Of a stretch of DNA of 64,000 nt, positions 43,468 through 52,530 are shown piece after piece. Below the pieces are notes generated by a model. The model did not search any database, was not told the DNA's origin, and saw only the letters and a program-made list of their open reading frames with translations. The position numbers were made by a program, and so were the translations under genes. Position 1 is the stretch's first letter. The number at the start of each line of letters is the position of its first letter. Origin of the DNA: Thermoanaerobaculia bacterium (GTDB lineage Bacteria; Acidobacteriota; Thermoanaerobaculia; Multivoradales; UBA5704). Location: the NCBI GenBank assembly GCA_035266085.1, contig DATFNZ010000107.1, forward strand, positions 12,857-76,856, given 5' to 3'.

Positions 43468-44157
43468 ATGGCTCCATCGAGATTGATCCTGGCTCTCGTG
43501 GTGGCAGCGATGGCGCTTCGACCCCTGGCGGGAGCCGCTCAAGACGACTCGGGGCTCCCGGCGGAAACCCTCGCGCAGTCGACACCGGTATACGCCTTCC
43601 AGAGCCAGCGCAACAAGCCCGCGCTGGTGCTCACCCAGAGCGGCAACGCCCAGGAGTACGACCCCAGGGTCTTCGTCGCTTCCGGGGACGGCTGGCGTCT
43701 GATCCAGCTCCCCGATGCGCTGCACAACTCGAAGTGGGTCTACGCCGGCCGGGAGGTTGCCGGCACCGGCGTCTGGGGCATCACCCGGGCGGCGGCCGGT
43801 GCGGGGCTCCAGTTCGTCTACAGCGCCAACGGCGGCCGGCAGTGGCGGACCCGCGGCTCCCTCCAGACGATCTCCCCCAGCGCCGTGATCGAGCTGTTCA
43901 CCCTCAACGACGAGGACAAGGCCTCGCTGGTCCTCCGCCTCGATGAGGATTCCCGGCCCGACGCTCCCCGGCTCGGCTACTATCTCTACATCTCGAAGAA
44001 CGGCGGCAGGAACTGGTCCGAGGCGATCTACTCCCAGGGCAAGCCGCTGCCTCCGCCCGACCTGCTCGCGCATCCGGACCGGGCGTTCGAAGGCAAGGAG
44101 CCTCTCGACCCGGCCGGCTGGCAACGGCTTCTGGCTGACCTGCAACCCGCTGGTTAG
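43468..44157 (+). CDS. Secreted hypothetical protein with BNR/Asp-box-like repeats
   Basis: GGAGG lies 6 nt before the ATG at 43468. Signal peptide. SANGGRQW and SKNGGRNW resemble BNR motifs. Confidence 0.55.
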   Translation: MAPSRLILALVVAAMALRPLAGAAQDDSGLPAETLAQSTPVYAFQSQRNKPALVLTQSGNAQEYDPRVFVASGDGWRLIQLPDALHNSKWVYAGREVAGTGVWGITRAAAGAGLQFVYSANGGRQWRTRGSLQTISPSAVIELFTLNDEDKASLVLRLDEDSRPDAPRLGYYLYISKNGGRNWSEAIYSQGKPLPPPDLLAHPDRAFEGKEPLDPAGWQRLLADLQPAG

Positions 44158-44261
44158 ACAGCCTTTCTGGCATTTTTCTTGCTGCTTTACCGGGTGGCGG
44201 AACGGTGGCCCCGCCGCCACGCCGCCCATGTCAAGCAGCTCGACGACCAGGAGGCGCAACC

Positions 44262-44507
44262 ATGGCCCACCACGACGAAAACCGGAGCGAGGACCGCGAG
44301 TCCCATACGCCCGGATCGCCCGAGGGACCGTCCCCCGCGGGGGCGACCGGCACCACCGGGAGCACCGGCTCTCTCGCCAGCCCCTCCCTGGGGCCCGGGT
44401 TGACGACCGGCAACTCGGGCATCACGACCGGCAACACGACGGGCGCGACCGGGTCGGCCGGCGCCACCGGCACCCCGGGCGAGTCCGGCGGCGGCGCGGA
44501 CCGCTAG
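44262..44507 (+). CDS. Small Gly/Thr/Ser/Pro-rich low-complexity protein (81 aa)
   Basis: GAGG lies 7 nt before the ATG at 44262. Product MAHHDENRSEDRESHTPGSPEGPSPAGATGTTGSTGS...TGNTTGATGSAGATGTPGESGGGADR. A terminator hairpin follows at 44525..44571. Confidence 0.4.
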   Translation: MAHHDENRSEDRESHTPGSPEGPSPAGATGTTGSTGSLASPSLGPGLTTGNSGITTGNTTGATGSAGATGTPGESGGGADR

Positions 44508-44524
44508 TCCTTTCCAGCCTTGAC

Positions 44525-44571
44525 CGGCGCCGCGGTCCCACTCCAGCCGGGGCCGCGGCGCCGACGTTTTA
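44525..44571 (+). terminator. Rho-independent terminator
   Basis: CGGCGCCGCGG ... CCGCGGCGCCG stem followed by ACGTTTT. Confidence 0.5.
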
Positions 44572-44578
44572 AACCGGC

Positions 44579-46210
44579 TTACTTCTCTTCCATGTGCGGG
44601 TACCGGTACTCCACCGGCGGCACGAAGTTCTCCTTGATCGCCCGCAGGGAGGTCCAGCGCAGCAGGTTCACCATCGAGCCGGCCTTGTCGTTGGTGCCGG
44701 AGGCGCGGGCGCCGCCGAACGGCTGCTGCCCGACCACGGCGCCGGTCGGCTTGTCGTTGACGTAGAAGTTGCCGGCCGCGTTGCGCAGGGCCTTCGAGAG
44801 CTGCTCGACGGCCTTGCGGTCCTCGGCGAAGACGGCGCCGGTCAGGGCGTAGGGGCTCGCCGTGTCGACCAGCTCGAGCGTCTCCGCGAGCTCCAGGTCG
44901 TCGTAGACGTAGACGGTGAGCACCGGCCCGAAGATCTCCTCCCGCATCAGCTTGAACCGCGGATCGGTCGTGCGCACCACCGTCGGCTCGATGAAGTAGC
45001 CGTCGGACTTGTCACCCTTGCCGCCGGTGAGGATCTCGGCCTCGCTCGACTCCCGGGCATGCTCGACGTAGCCCATGATGCGGTCGAAGGAGTTTTCGTC
45101 GATCACCGCCGCCATGAAGTTGCGGAAGTCGAGCGGCGAGCCCATGTCGATCGACTTGATCTGATCGACCAGCATCTCCTGCACCCGCCCCCACAGGGAC
45201 TTCGGGACGTAGGCCCGCGAGCCCGCCGAGCACTTTTGCCCTTGGTACTCGAAGGAGCCGCGCACCAGCGCCGCCACGTAGGCCTCGACGTTGGCCGACG
45301 GATGGGCGAAGACGAAGTTCTTGCCACCCGTCTCGCCCACGATCCGCGGATAGGAGCGGTAGCTCGCGACGTTGTCGCCGATCGTCTTCCACATCGACTG
45401 GAAGACCGGGGTCGAGCCCGTGAAGTGGATGCCCGCGAGGTCGGCGTGCGCCAGCGCCGGGTCGCCCACCTTGCTCGCCTTGCCCGGCAGGAAGTTGATG
45501 ACGCCGTCCGGGAACCCCGCCGCCTGGAGCAGCTTCATGATGAAGTAGTTCGAGTAGACCGCCGTCGAGGCCGGCTTCCAGAGGACCGTGTTGCCCATCA
45601 GGGCCGGCGCGGTCGGCAGGTTGCCGCCGATCGACGTGAAGTTGAAGGGCGAGACGGCGAAGACGAACCCCTCGAGCGGCCGGTAGTCCACCCGGTTCCA
45701 GGTGCCGGGCGACGACCACGGCTGGTCCGTGTAGATCCCCCGCATGAAGTAAGGATTGACGCGCCAGAAGTCGATCATCTCGCAGGCGGAGTCGATCTCG
45801 GCCTGGAGCACCGTCTTCGACTGGTTGAGCATGGTGGCGCCGTTCAAGGTGTCGCGCCAGGGGCCGGCGAGCAGGTCGGCCGCCCGGATCAGGATCGACG
45901 CCCGCTCGTCCCAACTCGTGTCGCTCCACTCCTTCCAGGCCGTCTTCGCGGCGGCGGCGGCGGCGGCCACCTCGCCGGCGCCGGCCTGGTGATAGGTGGC
46001 CAGCACCTTCTTGTGGTCGTGCGGACAGACGGCCTTGGCGGTGTCGCCGGTGCGCACTTCCTTGCCGCCGATGATGAGGGGGATCTCGATCTCCTCGGCG
46101 AGCATGTCGTCGAGGCGCTTCTTGAGGGATTTCTTCTCGGGGGACCCCGGCCCGTACGAGCGGACCGGCTCATTGACTGGAACGGCCAGGGGATAGATCG
46201 CGTTCGCCAT
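44579..46210 (-). CDS. pruA: L-glutamate gamma-semialdehyde (1-pyrroline-5-carboxylate) dehydrogenase
   Basis: 543 aa. ALDH-family catalytic motifs (VGETGGKNF; EYQGQKCSAGSR catalytic Cys). Length and overall pattern match P5CDH. Confidence 0.9.
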   Translation of the reverse strand: MANAIYPLAVPVNEPVRSYGPGSPEKKSLKKRLDDMLAEEIEIPLIIGGKEVRTGDTAKAVCPHDHKKVLATYHQAGAGEVAAAAAAAKTAWKEWSDTSWDERASILIRAADLLAGPWRDTLNGATMLNQSKTVLQAEIDSACEMIDFWRVNPYFMRGIYTDQPWSSPGTWNRVDYRPLEGFVFAVSPFNFTSIGGNLPTAPALMGNTVLWKPASTAVYSNYFIMKLLQAAGFPDGVINFLPGKASKVGDPALAHADLAGIHFTGSTPVFQSMWKTIGDNVASYRSYPRIVGETGGKNFVFAHPSANVEAYVAALVRGSFEYQGQKCSAGSRAYVPKSLWGRVQEMLVDQIKSIDMGSPLDFRNFMAAVIDENSFDRIMGYVEHARESSEAEILTGGKGDKSDGYFIEPTVVRTTDPRFKLMREEIFGPVLTVYVYDDLELAETLELVDTASPYALTGAVFAEDRKAVEQLSKALRNAAGNFYVNDKPTGAVVGQQPFGGARASGTNDKAGSMVNLLRWTSLRAIKENFVPPVEYRYPHMEEK

Positions 46211-46236
46211 AGGCGGCGAATCGTATCATCCCCTTG

Positions 46237-46599
46237 TCAGCCGCGAAGGGCCGACCAGGCGAAGATCAGGAACCCCACGATCAGCAAGGTCCCGCCGATC
46301 GGCGTGACGGCTCCCAGCCATCGGGGGCCGCCCAGCGCCAAGCCAAAAACGGTGCCGCTGAAGATAGCGCTCCCCGCCAGCAGGCACCAGCCGGCGGCGT
46401 CCACCCCGCGGCGCGCTCCCTGCGCCCCGAACAGGCCGACCAGGACCATGGCGAGGCCGCCATACATGAGGTAGCGCGCCGCCGTCTCCCAGAGCTGCAG
46501 CTCCCGGGGCCCCAATCGCGCCGCCAGGGCGTGGGCGCCGAACGCTCCGGCGATGACGGACAGCGCGCCGCAGACGGCGCCGACGAAGATCCAGCTCAT
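46237..46599 (-). CDS. DUF423 family membrane protein
   Basis: 120 aa, four TM helices. FGAHALAAR...GLAMVLVGL is the typical DUF423 (YgdD-like) signature. Confidence 0.7.
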   Translation of the reverse strand: MSWIFVGAVCGALSVIAGAFGAHALAARLGPRELQLWETAARYLMYGGLAMVLVGLFGAQGARRGVDAAGWCLLAGSAIFSGTVFGLALGGPRWLGAVTPIGGTLLIVGFLIFAWSALRG

Positions 46600-46604
46600 G
46601 GAAG

Positions 46605-46877
46605 CTAGACCTCGCCGAGGCGCCGGACGGACGCGATCCGCTCCCGCGGGATCATCAGGTGGTCGTACTTCTTCCAGACGCCGAGCTGGGAGGCGCGGCG
46701 GACGTAGTCGTCCTTGGAGCGGCCGTTCTCGCCGTCGCGGTGGACGTCCACGTCATGCAGGAAGATGCCGCGGTCGTCCATGTCGTCGCACCGGCCCACG
46801 AAGATTTCGGGGCCGGTGGTGTCGACGACCACGGTGATGCCGTGCAGCTCGCCTTTGCCCTGGTGGAAGGTACCCAT
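46605..46877 (-). CDS. Hypothetical small protein (90 aa)
   Basis: Tightly packed between the bacilliredoxin-like and DUF423 genes on the same strand. No recognisable motif. Confidence 0.45.
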   Translation of the reverse strand: MGTFHQGKGELHGITVVVDTTGPEIFVGRCDDMDDRGIFLHDVDVHRDGENGRSKDDYVRRASQLGVWKKYDHLMIPRERIASVRRLGEV

Positions 46878-47309
46878 CTAGCTGGCCGGCACCGCGCAAT
46901 GCTCGGCGAAGACCTGCGCCAGGTCGTTCGCCACCGAGTGGGCGTCCCGCCCCTCGATCCGATGACGTGGCATGAAGTAGACCAGCTCGCCATCCTTAAG
47001 GAAGGCGATCGACGGGCTGCTCGGCGGGATGTCGGCCATGTGGGCACGGGCCCTGGCGGTGGCCTCCAGGTCCTGACCGGCGAACACGCTCGCGACGCGG
47101 TCGGGACGGCGGTCCCCCTGCAGGGCCAGCCGCACGCCGGGGCGCGCCATGCCGGCGGCGCAGCCGCAGACGGAGTTGACCACCAGCATCGCCGTGCCGT
47201 TTTTCTCGTTCATGAAGGCGTCCACCTCTTCAGGCGTCCGCAACTCTTTGACACCGGCGCTCATCAGCTCTTCGCGCATGGGCCGGACCAGAAGCTCGCT
47301 GTAGGGCAC
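46878..47309 (-). CDS. Bacilliredoxin (BrxA/BrxB, YphP/YqiW, DUF1094) family thiol-disulfide oxidoreductase
   Basis: AMLVVNSVCGCAAGMARPG carries the CGC active site. VFAGQDLEATARARAHMADIPPSSPSIAFLKDGELVYFMPRHRIEGRD closely follows the YphP-family pattern. Confidence 0.8.
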   Translation of the reverse strand: MPYSELLVRPMREELMSAGVKELRTPEEVDAFMNEKNGTAMLVVNSVCGCAAGMARPGVRLALQGDRRPDRVASVFAGQDLEATARARAHMADIPPSSPSIAFLKDGELVYFMPRHRIEGRDAHSVANDLAQVFAEHCAVPAS

Positions 47310-47431
47310 TTTCGCACCTCCTTGTCACGCGCCTCTCGGCGCATCGGGTTCTATTGTACGTCCGAAGAACAGCAACGCGGCATCGCGGCCCGAGGATTCC
47401 CAGATCCTCCTGGCCGGGTTCTTGCTGGGAG

Positions 47432-48308
47432 GTTTTCCATGCACCGTTCTCAACTCTACCTGGCGCTTTTCGCTCTGCTCGCCGTCCTCATGGGCTGCCG
47501 GCCCTCGGAGCCCGAGGGCGAGGCCCGGACTCCGGCGGCCCCCGCTCCGGCATCCCCCGCGGCCCCCGCACCTCAATCGACCCCCGTCCCGGCGCCGCCG
47601 GTCGGCAGCGACTTGACCACGTCAGACCTCGCCACGTCGGACCTCGCCACCCCGGACCTGCCGGCGGACCGGCCGCTGCGGGCGGCCTTCCTGGTGGTGA
47701 ACGGCGTCTACAACACGGAGCTCGCGGCCCCGTACGACGTGTTTCAGCATACCCGCTTCCACGCCCAGCCGGGCATCGAGGTGTTCACCGTATCGCCCGA
47801 CGGCCAGCCGGTCACCACCTTCGAGGGGATCCGGATCACCCCCGCCTACGGCTTCCAGAACGCCCCGGAGGCCGACATCCTGGTGGTGCCGAGCGCCAGC
47901 GGCAGCATGGACAAGGACCTCCAGAACCAGGCGCTGATCGATTGGGTGCGTCAGGTGGGCGGCGGCGCGCGGCACGTCGTCTCGCTCTGCGACGGCGCCT
48001 TCGTGCTCGCCCAGGCCGGGCTGCTCGACGGCGTGCCCGCCACGACCTTCCCGGACGACTACAAGCGCTTCGCGCAGATGTTCCCCAAGGTCGACCTGCG
48101 CATCAACGTCAGCTTCGTCGACGCCGGCAAGGCGCTCACCTCCCAGGGGGGGGCGCGGAGCTACGATGTGGCCATGCACCTGGTGGACCGACTCTACGGC
48201 ACCAAGGTCGCCCAGGGCGTCGGCCATGGGCTGCTGATCCCCTGGCCCCCCAACCCGCGGGCGGTCAAGTCCGAGACGGCAAGCCCCTCGGACGCCGCGA
48301 ACCCATGA
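47432..48308 (+). CDS. DJ-1/PfpI (class I glutamine amidotransferase-like) family lipoprotein
   Basis: GGAGG lies 6 nt before the ATG at 47432. Lipobox LAVLMGC. Pro/Ala-rich linker. DJ-1/PfpI core (ILVVPSASG...VVSLCDGAFVLAQAGLLDG). The upstream part of the track ORF is junk. Confidence 0.75.
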
Positions 48309-48317
48309 GGCGAGCAT

Positions 48318-48348
48318 AAAAAAACGCCGGGGTCGCCCCCGGCGTTTT
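48318..48348. terminator. Bidirectional Rho-independent terminator
   Basis: AAAAAAA-CGCCGGGG-TCGC-CCCCGGCG-TTTT sits between the convergent DJ-1-like and TonB-receptor genes. Confidence 0.7.
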
Positions 48349-48370
48349 CCATCTTCGGACCGCTTGCTCC

Positions 48371-51319
48371 CTACCGGAACCGGAGCGTGGCCCCCAGGCG
48401 GAAGACCCGCGGGCTCAAGGCCTCGAGGGTCTGGTAACGGGTGCTCCTCACCGCGGAGGCGTTGCGGTCCCTCTGGAGCACGTAGTGCTCATTGGTGAGG
48501 TTGAAGCCATCCAGGCCGACGTTCAGCGTGAAGTCGCCGAACTCGAAGTCCTTGTCGAGCCGGGCATCGAAAACGACCACGTTCGGAGTCCGGTACTCAT
48601 CCAGGCTCCTCGTGAGCTGAACGTTCCGACCGCCAAGGCCGGTGTCCGAGCTCACCCGGACGAACGGCGGCGAGGCGAAGCCTTCACGGCCGGTGACGCT
48701 GGTGCCCACATTGAAGCCCCAGGGACGCTCGGGCGCGATCTGGTAAAGGCCCGCGACGTTGAAGTTCCAGCGGCTGTTGATGTACGAGTTGGTCTTGCCG
48801 GTGCCCCCGGACTCGAGGTACAGATCCTCGTTGTCTGAATAACCCAGGTCGTCCGAGATCACGTCGGTGGGATCGTCGAAGCGCTTGTACTCGTCGCCGA
48901 TCTTCCAGTCCCAATCGGCAAAGGTGAAGTGCCCGCGCAGGCTCCAGCGATTGGCGAGCCGCCGCGATAAGGAGAGCGTGACGCCCATGTAATCCTGCTC
49001 GCGGTCGCCGTTGGTGTAGAAGCGGCCGGTGGGGCTCAGGCCCTCCCGCAGGTCGTACACGGTGAACGGGGTGACCGTCTGCCCGTTGGGGAGCGTACAG
49101 GCTCCGATGTCCGGGTTGGACGACGGGGTGCAGCCGAGGTCCGGCGAGACCACGTAGTCTTCCCGGGTCGCCTGACGGATCTGCCCGGTGGCGTCGTCGA
49201 GCACCAGGAGGCGGGTTTCCGGGATGTCATGGATATTGCGGACGGTCAGGGTGAGCCCGCCGGCGAAATTGGCGCCGAAGGCCCGCTCGTAGCCGAGGGT
49301 CACCTCGTCGGTGAGCGCCGGCCCGAGGTTCGGGTCGTTGACGTTGGGCGAGGAGAGGGACGAAGGATTTTCCTCGTTGATACCCACCGAGTAGCCGAAG
49401 TAGAGCGAGTTGCGCTCGGCGTCGTCGAGGCGCAGGTTGTTGTTGGCGTCGACGAAGTAGAAGTAGGCATAGCTGTAGCCGAGCGGGCTGACCCGGCTGG
49501 CCAGCGGGAGCTGGCCGAGCTGCTCGGCGTAGCGCGAGAAGGTGGCGCGCAGCAGGGACTTCCGGTCCTTGCCGAGCGAGTAGGTCACGCCGACGCGAGG
49601 CGACACCGTGGTCCACTCAAAGCCGCCGGCGTCGTTGCCCGGGAAGCTGATCGCGGGGATCAGGGGTGGCGCGCCAGTCTCGACGCCGGGAACCTCCGGG
49701 TTGCCCGCGTCGGAGCTGGCCAGGTTCTCGAGGGTCTGCCGGTCGTAACGCAGGCCGGCGTTGATCGTCCAGCGGTCGCGGGTGATGGTGTCCTGCAGCC
49801 AGGCTGACTCGTAGGTGGAATCGATGGCCACGCTCCGGTTGCGCTGGAAGCCGACGGCCGCCAGTCCATCGTCAAGGCCGAACAGGTTGCCCGCCCAGAC
49901 GAGCTTGCCGCCCGGCCAGATCGTGGTCGAATGGTTCTCCTGGTCGCGGTAGCTGCCTCCGAACTTGAGCTGGTGGTCGATCGAGGAGGTGCTGAAGAAA
50001 TAGTTGGCATCCAGCCGCACCTGGTCGATGATCGCGTCCTGCTTGAAGTCGAGCCAGGTGCCGCGCCGCACGTTCTCGGGGGTGACGAAAATGTCGGCGT
50101 CCAGCCCGCCCTGGGGAGTCAGGGTGAAGATGCCGTCGTCGCGCGACGCGAGAGCGGTGAAGACGAGGTCCTGGGTCGCGATCCAGGTATCTTCAATCTT
50201 GTAGATGTCCTGCGGCGTGGTCTGGTCGAGGGTCGTCTCCGGCGCCCGGTTCAGACTGGCGCCGCGGCCGAACTTGAGCTTGTCGTTGGTCCAATAGTGG
50301 AGCACGCCCGAGTTGCTCGCGCCCGTCTGGAAGTTCAGCTTGGTATTCAGGTCTTCCAGCTTGGTCCGGTCGAGCTGAACCCCGGCGGAGCTGGGGACGA
50401 GGTTGCCGATGTCGCTGCGGCCGTAGGCGCCCCAGATCCAAAGGCGGTCCTTCATGACGGGGCCGCCGATGTCGGCGCCGTACTCCTCCACGGCGTCGAT
50501 CCGGTTGCCGTTCGGCAGGGAGGGGTCGGACTGGTAGTCGCCGTCGGTGCGCAGGTAGCGGCCCGAGCCGCGCCACTCGTTCGTGCCGCGCTTGGTGACC
50601 TGGTTGATGGTCACGCCCGCGGTGGCGATGGTGACGTCCGTGGTCGATACCGTGAACTGGACCTCCTCGAAGGCGCCGAAGTCGAAGTAGGTGGCCGAGC
50701 CGCCGACGGCGTTCATGTCAGTCAGGACGACGCCGTCGATCGAGAAGGTGTTGTCGCGCGCGCCCGACCCCATACCGAGGAAGCTCGACTGCTGGCCGCT
50801 CTCGTTGCCGCCGACGTTGATGCGGTCCACCAGCACGCCGGGCGCCTGGCTGAGCAGCGACCAGGGGTCGCGGGCCGTCGGCACCTTGTCGAGCTCCACC
50901 GTGGAGACGTTGGAGCCCTGGTTGAGCCGGCGCTCGTCCAGCAGCGGGCTCTCGCCGGTGACGGTGATCGTGTCCGTGACGGCGCTGCTCAAGGTGATCC
51001 GCAGGTCGGCCTTGCCGCCGACCCTGACGTTGATGTCCGGGTAGTCGATCGTCGAGAAGCCCTGGAGCTCCGCCTGCACCGCGTAGTTTCCGGGATACAG
51101 GTTGAGGAACCGGAAGTTCCCCTGCTCGTCGGTCTGCTGCACCTGCGGAGCGCCGACGCCCGTCAGGGTGATCGTCACCCCCGGGAGCGCCTGCCCCTGC
51201 TCGTCAGAGACCGTGCCGAACAGGTCGCCCGTCTGCAACTGCGCGAGAGCCGGAACGGCCATCGCCAGCAGCAACGCGGCCATGGCGATAGTGAGACGCA
51301 GATAGCTGCCTCTGCCCAT
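48371..51319 (-). CDS. TonB-dependent outer-membrane receptor with an N-terminal CarboxypepD_reg-like domain
   Basis: Signal peptide. GTVSDEQGQALPGVTITLTG...GNFRFLNLYPGNYAVQAELQGFS (carboxypeptidase-regulatory-like beta sandwich), a plug region, and a long beta-barrel with alternating-hydrophobic strands. The C-terminal strand reads ...RVFRLGATLRFR. Confidence 0.8.
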   Translation of the reverse strand: MGRGSYLRLTIAMAALLLAMAVPALAQLQTGDLFGTVSDEQGQALPGVTITLTGVGAPQVQQTDEQGNFRFLNLYPGNYAVQAELQGFSTIDYPDINVRVGGKADLRITLSSAVTDTITVTGESPLLDERRLNQGSNVSTVELDKVPTARDPWSLLSQAPGVLVDRINVGGNESGQQSSFLGMGSGARDNTFSIDGVVLTDMNAVGGSATYFDFGAFEEVQFTVSTTDVTIATAGVTINQVTKRGTNEWRGSGRYLRTDGDYQSDPSLPNGNRIDAVEEYGADIGGPVMKDRLWIWGAYGRSDIGNLVPSSAGVQLDRTKLEDLNTKLNFQTGASNSGVLHYWTNDKLKFGRGASLNRAPETTLDQTTPQDIYKIEDTWIATQDLVFTALASRDDGIFTLTPQGGLDADIFVTPENVRRGTWLDFKQDAIIDQVRLDANYFFSTSSIDHQLKFGGSYRDQENHSTTIWPGGKLVWAGNLFGLDDGLAAVGFQRNRSVAIDSTYESAWLQDTITRDRWTINAGLRYDRQTLENLASSDAGNPEVPGVETGAPPLIPAISFPGNDAGGFEWTTVSPRVGVTYSLGKDRKSLLRATFSRYAEQLGQLPLASRVSPLGYSYAYFYFVDANNNLRLDDAERNSLYFGYSVGINEENPSSLSSPNVNDPNLGPALTDEVTLGYERAFGANFAGGLTLTVRNIHDIPETRLLVLDDATGQIRQATREDYVVSPDLGCTPSSNPDIGACTLPNGQTVTPFTVYDLREGLSPTGRFYTNGDREQDYMGVTLSLSRRLANRWSLRGHFTFADWDWKIGDEYKRFDDPTDVISDDLGYSDNEDLYLESGGTGKTNSYINSRWNFNVAGLYQIAPERPWGFNVGTSVTGREGFASPPFVRVSSDTGLGGRNVQLTRSLDEYRTPNVVVFDARLDKDFEFGDFTLNVGLDGFNLTNEHYVLQRDRNASAVRSTRYQTLEALSPRVFRLGATLRFR

Positions 51320-51399
51320 GCTGGTTACCCCCTTTCACGGAGTCAATTCAAATCTTCTTGACCCGGATTATGCAACGACTTCCCGGCAGTTACCAGCGG

Positions 51400-52392
51400 T
51401 CAGTACGGATTCGCGCTGATTACGCCATTGGTGACGCTGCGCAGGTAGTAGCCGGTCGTGGGCCGATTCTTGAGGTCAAAGGTGCCGCCGGCGGCCACCT
51501 TCCAGATCTTGTAGTTGGAGTAGGTCAGCGGCACTCCCGCCTGGCAGACCTCCGGCGCGTGGTCGCCGAGCACGAAGTAGGCCGGGCCATTTCCCATCAC
51601 CGTGGCCAGGCCGTTCTTGTCCACCACCACCGAGGTCGCCTCGTTGACGGCCACGGCGAGCGCGCTGGCCCCCTTGCCGTCCTTGATCTGGCGGGCCACG
51701 AAGGCCAGGGTCCGGCCCATGCGGTCGCGGGTCACGAAGTGGGAGTCGGTGAGGGTGCCCTGCAGGTTGGCCCAGTGGAAGAAGTCGTAGGTGAAGCTGA
51801 TGCTGGCGTGGTAGGGGTTCGCCAGGGCGTCGGTCGACAGGGCGGAGCCGGTGCAACCGTCGTAGCTGAAGTCCCCCTGGATGGCGAGCCCGGCGCTGGT
51901 GCCGCCGACGCCGCCGCCCCGTGCATAGACGGACTCGACGGCCGTCTCGACCTTGGTGCCCTTGAAATACTTGACGTAGTCGCACTGGTCGCCGCCGGCG
52001 AAGAAGACCACCTCGGCGTTCTTGACCGTCGTCTCGACGGCCACGGTGTTCGAGTCGGTCGCCCTGGTGATCACCAGGGTCTCGACGGAGTCGACGCCGT
52101 TCATGGCAAAGATGTAGTCGTTGTAGCCGTTCGATCCGGAGGCGCGGAGGATCACGACGTCGACCTTCGTCGCGCAGCTCGTGCAGCCGCGGACCTTGTC
52201 GATGATCCACTGGAGGGCCGCGTCGACGTCGGTGCCGCCGCCCCCGAAGTCGTGAGCGGGCCCGGCGAGCGGGACGACCACGTCGGCGGCGTTGCCGGTG
52301 AGGTAGCGGGTGACCTTGGCCTGCGCCGGGAGCGCCAGCGCGGCCGCCAGGAGCAGCATCAGGAACGGCGTGGAAAGCGTCTTGCGGACCAT
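51400..52392 (-). CDS. Secreted S51 peptidase (cyanophycinase/dipeptidase E)-like protein
   Basis: Signal peptide. Candidate GxSAG nucleophile motif GGTSAGLAIQG. N-terminal GGGGTD and AEVVFFAGGDQ patterns. GGGAGG lies before the ATG. Confidence 0.55.
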   Translation of the reverse strand: MVRKTLSTPFLMLLLAAALALPAQAKVTRYLTGNAADVVVPLAGPAHDFGGGGTDVDAALQWIIDKVRGCTSCATKVDVVILRASGSNGYNDYIFAMNGVDSVETLVITRATDSNTVAVETTVKNAEVVFFAGGDQCDYVKYFKGTKVETAVESVYARGGGVGGTSAGLAIQGDFSYDGCTGSALSTDALANPYHASISFTYDFFHWANLQGTLTDSHFVTRDRMGRTLAFVARQIKDGKGASALAVAVNEATSVVVDKNGLATVMGNGPAYFVLGDHAPEVCQAGVPLTYSNYKIWKVAAGGTFDLKNRPTTGYYLRSVTNGVISANPY

Positions 52393-52460
52393 GGATTCCT
52401 CCCTGTCAAGTCATGGCTCAATTGAAAGAGTGCGCGCGGCCCCCGGGAGCGAGTCCGGGG

Positions 52461-52499
52461 CCAAAAACAAAAACCCGGCCGGAGCGAACGCCGGCCGGG
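52461..52499 (-). terminator. Rho-independent terminator after the cytochrome c peroxidase-like gene
   Basis: Stem CCCGGCCGG / CCGGCCGGG. On the minus strand it is followed by GTTTTTGTTTTTGG. Confidence 0.6.
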
Positions 52500-52530
52500 T
52501 CTGTCGGGCTTCCTGAGAGCGGCCTGGCCG

